DNA of 64,000 nucleotides, taken from NCBI GenBank assembly GCA_964401155.1, contig CAYNXF010000004.1, positions 42,887 through 106,886 of the forward strand, in the 5' to 3' direction. This DNA comes from an uncultured Sphingopyxis sp. (GTDB taxonomy: Bacteria; Pseudomonadota; Alphaproteobacteria; Sphingomonadales; Sphingomonadaceae). The notes under the pieces were generated by a model. That model searched no databases. It was given only the letters and a program-made list of their open reading frames with translations, and was not told where the DNA came from. The position numbers and the translations under genes are program-made. This document shows positions 20,249 to 28,942 of this stretch, in pieces; the first letter of the stretch is position 1, and every line of letters starts with the position of its first letter.

Positions 20249-22342
20249 ATGCTCAGGCAATATGAACTGGTGGAGCGCATTCGCGACTATGATCCCGACG
20301 CCGACGAGGCGTTGATCAACCGCGCCTATGTGTTCACCGTCCAGAAGCACGGCAGCCAGCTTCGCGCGTCGGGCGACCCCTATTTCAGCCATCCGGTCGA
20401 GGTCGCGGGCATCCTCACCGAGCTGCGGCTCGACACCGAGTCGATCATCACCGCACTGCTCCACGACACACTCGAAGACACGCTGACCACGCCCGAGGAG
20501 ATCGAACGGCTGTTCGGCGGCAATGTGGCGCGGCTGGTCGACGGTGTGACCAAGCTCAGCAAAATTGAAGCGCAGACCGAAAATGAGCGTGCCGCGGAAA
20601 ATTTGCGCAAATTCCTGCTGGCGATGTCGGACGATATCCGCGTGCTGCTGGTCAAGCTCGCTGACCGGCTGCACAATATGCGCACGCTGCACCATATCAA
20701 GGACCCGGCCAAACGGCGGCGTATCGCCAAGGAAACGATGGATATCTACGCTCCGCTCGCCGAGCGGATCGGCATGTATGAATATATGCGCGAGATGCAG
20801 CTGCTCGCCTTTCGCGAGCTCGAGCCCGAGGCTTATGAAACCATTACCGGGCGGCTCTCCAAGCTGTCGGCAGGCGGCAAGGACCAGGTCGCGCGCATCC
20901 AGCGCGAATTTAGTGAACTGCTCAAAGCCTCGCTGATCGATGCCGATGTGTCGGGGCGCGAAAAGCACCCTTATTCGATCTGGCGCAAAATGCAGGAACG
21001 CCACGTCAGTTTTGAGCAGGTCACCGACATCATCGCCTTTCGCATCATCACGCCGACCGACGATGATTGTTACAAGGCGCTGGGGCTGATCCATCGCAAA
21101 TGGAAAATGGTGCCGGGCCGGTTCAAGGATTATATCTCGACCCCTAAGCGCAACGGCTATCGCTCGCTGCACACCACGATCATGCACCAGCTCAATATGC
21201 GCATCGAGATTCAGATTCGCAGCCGCACAATGCACCAGCAAAGCGAATTCGGGCTCGCCGCGCACTGGGCCTATAAGCAAAAGGGCGGGTCGCCTGACGG
21301 CCAGGCAGGCTGGATCCGCGACCTTATCGAAATTCTCGACCAGACGCACGATGCCGACGAACTGCTCGAAAACACGCGCATCGCCATGTATCAGGATCGC
21401 ATCTTTGCCTTCACGCCCAAAGGCGCGCTGCACCAGCTGCCCAAGGGCGCGACGCCGATTGACTTTGCCTATGCCGTCCACACCAAATTGGGCGACCGCA
21501 CCGTGGGGGCCAAGGTCAATGGGCGGTTGGTGCCGATGCGCACCCAGCTGAGCAATGGCGACACGGTCGAAATTTTGGTGTCGGACAAACAGACGCCGCA
21601 ACCCGCCTGGCTGGGCTTTACCGTCACCGCGAAGGCGCGCGCGGCCATCCGTCGCCATGTGCGCGGGCAGGAACGCGCCCAGCTGATCGCGCTCGGCAAG
21701 CAGCTTTATGACGAGCTGGTCGCGCGGTTGCCCGGCAAAGTCGGCGTCAAGGCGCGCGCGGAGGCCGTCAAGCGGTTGAAGCTGGAGGATGACAACGCCC
21801 TTTACGTTGCGATCGCGCGCCAGCGGCTGCGCGACAATGACGTGCTCGAAGCGCTGGTCCCCGGCGTTACCAGCGACAAGAAGCTTAAGCCCGGCAAGCT
21901 GCGCCAGGGAGCAGCGGTGTCGATTGCGGGGCTGACCCCTGGGGTTGCCTATAAGCTCGCCGAATGCTGCCATCCCGTGCCAGGCGACCGCATCATCGGT
22001 TTAACGCGCGAAAATGTGGGGATCGAGGTGCATACCATCGATTGCCCGCTGCTCGCCGAGCGCGGCGATGCCGACTGGATTGACCTCAAATGGCAGGAAG
22101 ACAGCGAAGGCGGCAGCGCGCGGCTGCAGGTGGTGGTACCCAACGAGCCCGGCACGCTCGCGGAAATGGCCAGCATCCTGGCGGCGCACGATGCCAATAT
22201 CATGAACTTGCGCATCAGCGCGCGCGATGGCGATTTCCACACCTATGAAGCGATGGTCGAAGTGCAGGATGTCCAGCACCTGATGCGCATCCTGTCGGCG
22301 CTGCGCGCCTCCGACACGGTGGTTCAAGCCGAGCGGGGGTAG
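20249..22342 (+). CDS. bifunctional (p)ppGpp synthetase/hydrolase (RelA/SpoT homologue)
   Basis: HD hydrolase (YFSHPVEVAGIL, HDTLEDT), synthetase (YRSLHTT), and TGS and ACT regions. 697 aa. Confidence 0.95.
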   Translation: MLRQYELVERIRDYDPDADEALINRAYVFTVQKHGSQLRASGDPYFSHPVEVAGILTELRLDTESIITALLHDTLEDTLTTPEEIERLFGGNVARLVDGVTKLSKIEAQTENERAAENLRKFLLAMSDDIRVLLVKLADRLHNMRTLHHIKDPAKRRRIAKETMDIYAPLAERIGMYEYMREMQLLAFRELEPEAYETITGRLSKLSAGGKDQVARIQREFSELLKASLIDADVSGREKHPYSIWRKMQERHVSFEQVTDIIAFRIITPTDDDCYKALGLIHRKWKMVPGRFKDYISTPKRNGYRSLHTTIMHQLNMRIEIQIRSRTMHQQSEFGLAAHWAYKQKGGSPDGQAGWIRDLIEILDQTHDADELLENTRIAMYQDRIFAFTPKGALHQLPKGATPIDFAYAVHTKLGDRTVGAKVNGRLVPMRTQLSNGDTVEILVSDKQTPQPAWLGFTVTAKARAAIRRHVRGQERAQLIALGKQLYDELVARLPGKVGVKARAEAVKRLKLEDDNALYVAIARQRLRDNDVLEALVPGVTSDKKLKPGKLRQGAAVSIAGLTPGVAYKLAECCHPVPGDRIIGLTRENVGIEVHTIDCPLLAERGDADWIDLKWQEDSEGGSARLQVVVPNEPGTLAEMASILAAHDANIMNLRISARDGDFHTYEAMVEVQDVQHLMRILSALRASDTVVQAERG

Positions 22343-22351
22343 GGGGCAGCC

Positions 22352-22513
22352 CCCTCTCCCTCAGGGGAGAGGGCAGCGAGACCTGGTGGCTTTGCCACCT
22401 AGTCGCAGCGGAAAAGGGGATGGGCTCTCACGATAGTGCACACACCCTCACCCAGCTTCGCCTAGACAACAAGTTGCCAAGGCTGCGCAACCCTCTCCCA
22501 TGAAGGGAGAGGG
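22352..22513. repeat. pair of near-identical 9-bp-stem hairpins in direct orientation, flanking about 117 bp
   Basis: ccctctccc-tcag-gggagaggg (22352-22373) and ccctctccc-atgaa-gggagaggg (22491-22513). They sit in the convergent spacer between relA/spoT and the decahaem gene. Confidence 0.65.
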
Positions 22514-22520
22514 ACTAGAC

Positions 22521-25500
22521 TCAAGGCGCATCGCTCACCTTATACAGCAGCGACTGGCCGTCCTTTTGATAGAGGAACAGCGCTTCCATTTCCTTGCGCG
22601 TAAACGGCCGCGAGCCCAGCCGCCCGAACACCGCGATCTGGCCGCCGGTTTCATCGACGGCGCGGTCGCGGTCGAGGCCTTTGGACAGCGCCAGCGCGGC
22701 GCTGGGCGTTTTGGCCCAGGCAATCATTTCGGGCACCGGGCGCGGTGAGAAGCCATAGAAATTGGGCTGGCTCGACGGGCTGGTAAGCTGCAGGATTTTC
22801 ACCCCGTTGCGCCCGTCGGCGACATAGGCGAACAGCGAGGCGTTGGTGGTCGCGACCATCACATCCTCTACATCGTTCATCGTCCCGCCAAAGGTTAGCG
22901 ACGGCCAGACCTGCGGCGCGGCCGGGCGGGTGACATCGACGATGACCAAGCCATCTTGTTTGGCCGCGACATAAAGATAGGTGCGCGCGAGATAGAGTTT
23001 GCGCGCATTGGCGAGGCGGATGGTGCCCGCCGGGACCGCCACGGGTGCGCGCAAGTCGGTAACATCGAACAGCTTCACCCCGTCGGCGTCGGTGACCCAT
23101 AGATAACGGAACTGGATGGCGCTGGCGCGGGCATCGCTGAGCGGGATTTGCGCCGTTACGCGCGGCTCGAGCGGCTTGTCCAGATTGACCACCACCAGCC
23201 CGGCGTCGGTGGTGATATAGGCAATGGTCCCCGCCAGCGTGATGTGCCGCGCCCCGGCCAGGACATTGTCGGGATTCCAAGTCAGCGCGCGGGTCAGTTT
23301 GTTGTTACGGAACTCGCCATCGGCCAGCGTGTCGATATCGACCAGGATCAGCCCTTCGGCGGCATCGGTGATGATGGCGTAGCGATAAAGCTCGTGCATC
23401 GCCTGTTCCTGATTTTCGGGGAAGTTGGCGGTAATGTCGCGGTTTCGCTTGACCGAAATCGGCTGGGTGGTGCCGATGGCCATACAGGTGGCGTTGCTGG
23501 TCTTTACATGCGTGTCGTGCCCCAGCGCGCTGAACGGTGCGCGGACGATGCGTTCGGAAAAACCCTTGTTGCCGATGCTCGCGATATCATAGACGCGAAA
23601 ACCCCCGCGCCCTTCGGCCACGAACATATATTCGCCGCGCTGTTGCAGACAGTTCACCCGCCCGCTAGTGCCCTGCACGATATTGGCGAACTCCTCGAGC
23701 GCTTGGGTTTCACCCGAGAATTTCTTGTCGAACGTCTTGCCGCGCACCCAGTTTTTGAGCTCGCGACCATTCTGGTCGACGTGCAGCCGGTAATAGTCGG
23801 GATAGGCATAACGGTGGAGATAGCTGCCGATTACCGCCTGTGGTTCATCCCATTCGGTGACGCGGGTCGCTTGAAAACCGTCCTCCATGCCTGACCACAC
23901 GTTCAGCCCGACGAAGTTGACGAAATTGGTGCCAAGCAACAGCAGCTGCGACATGATGGCATTGTTGTCGTCGGCAGCCGACAGGTGGCAGTCGCTGCAC
24001 TGCTTGGTTTCTTGCAAGCGTACGGTGTGCGGGAAGTGCGGCGCGAACGCCTGTGAAGAATAGCCCGCCGAGGAAATTGGCGGCTGCTGGATATAGATGC
24101 GCTCGCGGTTGATGTTGGTCGACGACAGCACCAGCGCCGAGGTGGAGCGCACCGGCGCGATGATATTGCCCTTGGTCGTCTGGTGCCGCCCCAGCTGGAA
24201 CATTTCGTCGCGCGCGACCTGCGGATTATAGGTCGCGAAATTGCGCGACTGGTCGCCTTCGAAATGATGGCCCTTGGTTTTCCAATTGGCCTCGATCGGC
24301 AAATGGCAACCGCCGCAGCTGGTTGTCCAGGACAGGTGACAGGTGAAGCAGGTCAGCTTGTCATCGCCATGCGCACGCTCGGCGGCGGGGATGCTCGCGT
24401 CCCACGCGAATTCGCCATTGCCACTGTTCAGGCGCGCCATGAGCTTGGCGCGCGCCGCCTTGGCATTGAATTGCGGCGCGCCCTTGGTCACCGTTTGCTT
24501 GACCAGGCTGACCTGCCATTCGAGCTTGGGATCGACAATCGAGCGCTGGATCAGACCCACCGCGTTGCCGTCATCATCATACTGCCATTCAAAACGCCGC
24601 CGCCCGTCGGGGTTGCGCAACAGCGCCAAATTGGTCCCCTGAGGCCGCGCCGCGACGTTGGAGGTGAGCAAGTTCGGCAGCGCGTCGGCGGTACCGTGGC
24701 AATCTTTGCAGCCAATTTCGACGGCGTTCGCCACCTCGCCCTGAATATAGCCATTGCCATGGCTGTCCTGCGCGAAATGGCAATCGGCGCACTGCATGCC
24801 CTTTTCGGCGTGGATGTCCATCATATGCACGGTCTTGCCGGGGTTGAGGCCCGCGGGGACGAATTTGCCCTCGACCCCCGGCTTGTCGGGATCGGCATTA
24901 TCCTCGCACAACTTCACCTGCTCCGGCGTCGGCAGCAGTGCGCAGCGTTTGCGCCAACGTTCGGGATCGTCGGGCGAAACGATATTAGCGGTGTCGGTGC
25001 CATAGGTCGCCATATTGCCGTCGGCGTTCAACAAATTGCCGTTGCGGTCGCGCTTGAAAATGCCGCGGAAATTCCAGCCATGACCGTGATAATCGGCGAA
25101 CTGCGTGTCCTTGTTGGTCGGGTTGACGTCATAGACGTCGCGCAGGAATTCGACGTCACCCCACAGCCCCTTGGGTGCCGCAGCCTCCGGATTGCGTTGC
25201 AGGATCGCCAGCGTTTCCTTTGCGGTGGGATAGCGCTGCTCGCGATATTTCTTCGCGAACTCGGCGTCGCTCATCCCGGCGGGTTTGGGCAGCGTGTTCT
25301 CTGGCCCCGGCCACAGCTGCGGGGCGTCGGATTCATAGTCCCACATGGTATAGCCCAAATAGCTGTTCAGGAAGATATTGGGCTGGTGCATGTGGCAATT
25401 CATGCACTGCGCAGTCGGGATGGCGCGGGTGAAAGCATGCTGGATAGGGTGGCCCGATTCCTTGCGCTTGCCGCCTTTCGGATCGATCAGCGCGCCGTGC

Positions 25501-26753
25501 CCGCTGCCGTCCCAGCCATCACCCGCCTTGCCGTCACCGCCATGGTTGTCATTGCCGCCATGCGCGTCACCGTAACCGGGCTTGGCGCCGGGCAGCACCA
25601 TCTTGCCCTTGATTGTCGGGTCGACCGTCGCGGTCTGGCCGTCGCGGCCATATTGCGCCCAGGTCAGGCTGTGGCGCGGTTCGCGGTCGTTGGCATAGAC
25701 GACATGGCAGCTCGCGCAGCCCGACGAGCGATAGTCGCCCGGCTGGTCGTTGGTGCCCATAAACCACATGAAGGGATCGTTGAGCCGCGTCTTGTGGATG
25801 TTGAGCACCGGGATGGCGACGCGGATGCCGGTGCCAGGGCCACGGTTCGATTGTTTAAGGTCGGGTCGCCCCGGCTCCTCGAGCCGCTGGATGCTGCCGG
25901 TGGGGTTGGGGAGGCCGATTTCGGGGAACTGGGTGATGATGTTGCGCCCGCCGCGCTCGAACACGCGGAACACGTCGCCCGGCGGGATGACGGTCCAGTT
26001 GGGCAGCGGATACATTTTGCCCAGCGCGCCGCGCGCGCGTTCCTTGTCGGACAAAATCTTGTCGAAGGGGAAGGACGGATCGCACGCCTTGGCATATTCC
26101 TCTTTGGTCAGCGTGGTCGTCGGCGAGAGCAGGCAGGCGGGCTTGCCATCGCGCGTATAGGCCTCGCCCATGATGTAATTTTTCTGCTTGAGGATACCGT
26201 TGTTATAGGCCGCGCCGCCCCACAGCATCGCGCCCGTCGCCATGATCGAGCGTTCGGCCGCCTCGATCACCTCCAGATGGCACGACCCGCACGCCTCGCG
26301 CGCGACGCGGTAATCGCTGGGGTTGACGAAGCGGATGAACTCGGGCGCCTCGCGGTTGAGCAGCGTGTAACTGCGCTGCGGGTTGGCCGAAGTGCCGTGC
26401 CAGCTGGTGGGATAGGTCGGCTGGACATGGGCTTGGCGTTCGGCGGCCTTGTTGTCGGCATGGTCGTAGCCGAGCGCGGGGTTGCCGCGCACGCTGGCAT
26501 CGCCGCCGTGGCAATCGGTGCAGCCCAGCCGCACCGCGGGCGTCTTATGCATCGTCGGCTGGTCTGTCTGGACGTGGCAGCTGTAACAGCCGTCCGATTT
26601 CTCGGCCATTTGCGCCAATGTCTGCTCGCGCGGGGCGGGCGGGGTGAAGCGATAGACGACCTTGACCGGCTTTTCCTTCTCCGCCGCCTGCACCGCCACG
26701 GGTGCGGCAATCAGCGCGAGCAGGGCAAGGATGAGGCGGGTCAGCAGGCGCAT
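22521..26753 (-). CDS. secreted decahaem c-type cytochrome fused to a C-terminal LVIVD-repeat beta-propeller (1410 aa)
   Basis: Sec signal MRLLTRLILALLALIAAPVAVQA. Ten CxxCH motifs: CYSCH, CTDCH, CGSCH, CASCH, CMNCH, CADCH, CKDCH, CFTCH, CGGCH, CSDCH. Six LVIVD-like blades: GFRVYDI, GLILVDI, GLVVVNL, GVKLFDV, GLVIVDV, GVKILQL. ATG 26753 lies 2 nt after the upstream stop. Confidence 0.85.
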   Translation of the reverse strand: MRLLTRLILALLALIAAPVAVQAAEKEKPVKVVYRFTPPAPREQTLAQMAEKSDGCYSCHVQTDQPTMHKTPAVRLGCTDCHGGDASVRGNPALGYDHADNKAAERQAHVQPTYPTSWHGTSANPQRSYTLLNREAPEFIRFVNPSDYRVAREACGSCHLEVIEAAERSIMATGAMLWGGAAYNNGILKQKNYIMGEAYTRDGKPACLLSPTTTLTKEEYAKACDPSFPFDKILSDKERARGALGKMYPLPNWTVIPPGDVFRVFERGGRNIITQFPEIGLPNPTGSIQRLEEPGRPDLKQSNRGPGTGIRVAIPVLNIHKTRLNDPFMWFMGTNDQPGDYRSSGCASCHVVYANDREPRHSLTWAQYGRDGQTATVDPTIKGKMVLPGAKPGYGDAHGGNDNHGGDGKAGDGWDGSGHGALIDPKGGKRKESGHPIQHAFTRAIPTAQCMNCHMHQPNIFLNSYLGYTMWDYESDAPQLWPGPENTLPKPAGMSDAEFAKKYREQRYPTAKETLAILQRNPEAAAPKGLWGDVEFLRDVYDVNPTNKDTQFADYHGHGWNFRGIFKRDRNGNLLNADGNMATYGTDTANIVSPDDPERWRKRCALLPTPEQVKLCEDNADPDKPGVEGKFVPAGLNPGKTVHMMDIHAEKGMQCADCHFAQDSHGNGYIQGEVANAVEIGCKDCHGTADALPNLLTSNVAARPQGTNLALLRNPDGRRRFEWQYDDDGNAVGLIQRSIVDPKLEWQVSLVKQTVTKGAPQFNAKAARAKLMARLNSGNGEFAWDASIPAAERAHGDDKLTCFTCHLSWTTSCGGCHLPIEANWKTKGHHFEGDQSRNFATYNPQVARDEMFQLGRHQTTKGNIIAPVRSTSALVLSSTNINRERIYIQQPPISSAGYSSQAFAPHFPHTVRLQETKQCSDCHLSAADDNNAIMSQLLLLGTNFVNFVGLNVWSGMEDGFQATRVTEWDEPQAVIGSYLHRYAYPDYYRLHVDQNGRELKNWVRGKTFDKKFSGETQALEEFANIVQGTSGRVNCLQQRGEYMFVAEGRGGFRVYDIASIGNKGFSERIVRAPFSALGHDTHVKTSNATCMAIGTTQPISVKRNRDITANFPENQEQAMHELYRYAIITDAAEGLILVDIDTLADGEFRNNKLTRALTWNPDNVLAGARHITLAGTIAYITTDAGLVVVNLDKPLEPRVTAQIPLSDARASAIQFRYLWVTDADGVKLFDVTDLRAPVAVPAGTIRLANARKLYLARTYLYVAAKQDGLVIVDVTRPAAPQVWPSLTFGGTMNDVEDVMVATTNASLFAYVADGRNGVKILQLTSPSSQPNFYGFSPRPVPEMIAWAKTPSAALALSKGLDRDRAVDETGGQIAVFGRLGSRPFTRKEMEALFLYQKDGQSLLYKVSDAP

Positions 26754-26755
26754 CG

Positions 26756-28942
26756 TCAATAACTCAAGATGACATTGGCGAGGATGGAATAATAGGCATC
26801 GGTTTTGGGTTTCGAATCGAACAAATCCTTGAAGCCGCTGCCCGGAACGAAGGCGGCTGCTGACAGCCGCCCGACGATATTCTGCATCGCCTTGGGCCGC
26901 CAGATCGCAGCGACCGACACGTCCCAGCCGATATCTTTGGGGATCGACCCTTCGGTGCGCAGCGCCTGCAGCACCGAGGTATCTTCGAACCACAGATGGT
27001 TGAGGTTGAAGCTGACCCGCGTCTGCGGCGAGAAATCAAGGTCTGCGCCCGCGCCGACAAACATGGTGCCGGGGTTATTGAAATTGGACTGGCCCTGTTC
27101 CTTCGACGAGCGCAGGCTGTTCAATATGCCGTTGCGGCCATTAACGCCAATGACGCGCCCGCCGCCCGCAAAGGGAATGGTCTGGCGGATCCAGTAGCTG
27201 GTGTCGGCCCCGCCAAAGATGGGGTTTTCGAAAATGGCGTCGAACCCGCCCTCGGTATTGTTATAGGGGTCGCTGTCGCCGGTGGCATAAAGCGCCGACA
27301 GTCGGAAACGCAGCCAGTCGGTGTCATAGCTGAGTTCGGCAGCGGCAAAGCCAGCCCGAATTTTGGCGGCGCGGCTGGTGAACAAGCTGTTCCGGTCCTC
27401 GCCCAGCACGCCATAAAGGCTGGCGGTCACATTGATCCGCCCGATACGGCCATCGGCGTTGTAACCGATATAATAGGCGTCATAGTTGCGCCCGCGCAGA
27501 TCGCCGAGCAGCGCGGGACGCACCGGAAAACCGTTGGTATCAATCTCGACGTCGCTCGCCTCGCGGTTGAGGTTAGCCACCGCAGTGATCTGGCTGGTCA
27601 GCCCGACGAAGGGGAAATCCTGGCGATAGACATTGGCGATAAAGACATAATCCTCACGCGGCGTCTGCACTACCGAGTTGAGGCCCGAATTGGTGTCCTT
27701 TTCCAGCCGCCAGAAGGCGGCAAGATTATATTGGAAGCGGTTGTTGTCGCGGTTGCCGAACAGGCGCACGCCCAATTGGCTGTCGTTGAACAGGAAACCC
27801 CGAAAATCCGACTGGAAGGGCTGGATGCCCAGCCGGATCGAGTGGAAATCATAACGGTCGCTGTCGTCGCGCAAATGTTTGTCGATGAAGAGTTCCTGCA
27901 CGCCCAGAAAATGGTCGAGGCGGTCCGATTTCTTTGACGGCTGGACAAACAGCACGCGCCGTTCGGGCACGTCGACATAGTTGATGTTGTAGGCGAGCGT
28001 CAGCCGATATTCGACATCGGGCGGCTTGAACGCGGTCATCCCCTTGATAAGCGCGATGCCGCTGATGAAGGTTTGCGACAACACCAGGCTGGGGTTGCGC
28101 CCGAACACATCGAGGCTGCCGGGCCGTTCGGTCGTCTGCACGCCCACAGGGATAGGAAAGGTGCGCGGCTCGACCACCGTGTCGCTGACTGCGCTGACCA
28201 CAAAAAACCAGTCAGGGCTTTCGAGGCCGAGGAATTTTGGCGTGGCGCATTTGGGGATGCTCGCCGCCTTGCGCTTCGCCTGCTCTTCGTCGGTGGGGAT
28301 GCAGATCGGCCGGTCGCCTTTCAGGAGATTCTGGTTATAGGGGTCGAACCAGCGTTCCTTCACAATGCCGAGCGACTCAATAAGCCGCCAGCGGTCGGGC
28401 ACCGGCAGCTGGTTTTCCATCAGCGGAAACGCCGAGGGCGGCGGCGGGCGCAGCGCGCCGGGGTTATCCTGCGTCACTTGGGGCGGCAGATCGGGACGAT
28501 AGCCGGGGCGGCGGCGGCCTTCGATAATCTGGGTCACCAGATCGCCCGACAATTGATCCTGCCAGTTAATCGGTGGCGGCGGCGGCGTGAGCTCTTCGGC
28601 CCCGGGTTCTGCCACTTTTTCCGGATCATCGGGCGCGATGTGGGCAGGCGCGGCGTCGCCGGGTTCGGCGTGCTGCGCGGCACCGGCCGTCAGGAAAGCG
28701 TCGGCCAAGCGGGGCAGTTCCAACTGGACGGGGGGCAGTTCGGGGCGACGCTGCGGCAAGGCGGAGCGGGTGGGGTCCGGCTTCGCCAGAAAATCTTCCA
28801 TCGCCTGCACATCTTGCGCGAGCGGAAAGACGCTGGCCCCGTTGAGCAGCGAAGCCGTCAGCGGCACGATGGCAACCACGACGCTCACAGCCCGTCGCAG
28901 ACATTCTGCGCCGCGGTATCCAGGAAGGGCGCAAAGGGGCAA
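26756..28942 (-). CDS. predicted outer-membrane beta-barrel protein with Pro-rich N-terminal region
   Basis: Signal-like RRAVSVVVAIVPLTASLLNGASVFPLAQ, PPPPP tracts, then alternating hydrophobic strand patterns, ending in the aromatic terminus ANVILSY. The alternative GTG start at 28888 overlaps the upstream stop (GTGA). Confidence 0.65.
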   Translation of the reverse strand: MPLCALPGYRGAECLRRAVSVVVAIVPLTASLLNGASVFPLAQDVQAMEDFLAKPDPTRSALPQRRPELPPVQLELPRLADAFLTAGAAQHAEPGDAAPAHIAPDDPEKVAEPGAEELTPPPPPINWQDQLSGDLVTQIIEGRRRPGYRPDLPPQVTQDNPGALRPPPPSAFPLMENQLPVPDRWRLIESLGIVKERWFDPYNQNLLKGDRPICIPTDEEQAKRKAASIPKCATPKFLGLESPDWFFVVSAVSDTVVEPRTFPIPVGVQTTERPGSLDVFGRNPSLVLSQTFISGIALIKGMTAFKPPDVEYRLTLAYNINYVDVPERRVLFVQPSKKSDRLDHFLGVQELFIDKHLRDDSDRYDFHSIRLGIQPFQSDFRGFLFNDSQLGVRLFGNRDNNRFQYNLAAFWRLEKDTNSGLNSVVQTPREDYVFIANVYRQDFPFVGLTSQITAVANLNREASDVEIDTNGFPVRPALLGDLRGRNYDAYYIGYNADGRIGRINVTASLYGVLGEDRNSLFTSRAAKIRAGFAAAELSYDTDWLRFRLSALYATGDSDPYNNTEGGFDAIFENPIFGGADTSYWIRQTIPFAGGGRVIGVNGRNGILNSLRSSKEQGQSNFNNPGTMFVGAGADLDFSPQTRVSFNLNHLWFEDTSVLQALRTEGSIPKDIGWDVSVAAIWRPKAMQNIVGRLSAAAFVPGSGFKDLFDSKPKTDAYYSILANVILSY

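Noticed and set aside
20141-21973. 610-aa minus-strand ORF
   Set aside because: It is antisense to the RelA/SpoT gene and is a low-complexity, Arg/Ala/Gly/Leu-rich translation.
22500-22748. 82-aa plus-strand ORF starting inside the second ccctctccc hairpin
   Set aside because: It starts within the repeat and is antisense to the 3' end of the decahaem gene.
24183-26762. 859-aa plus-strand ORF
   Set aside because: It lies entirely antisense to the decahaem cytochrome gene. Its composition is Arg/Ala/Gly-rich with no motif, which is the classic high-GC antisense artefact. The minus-strand frame carries ten CxxCH motifs and a signal peptide.
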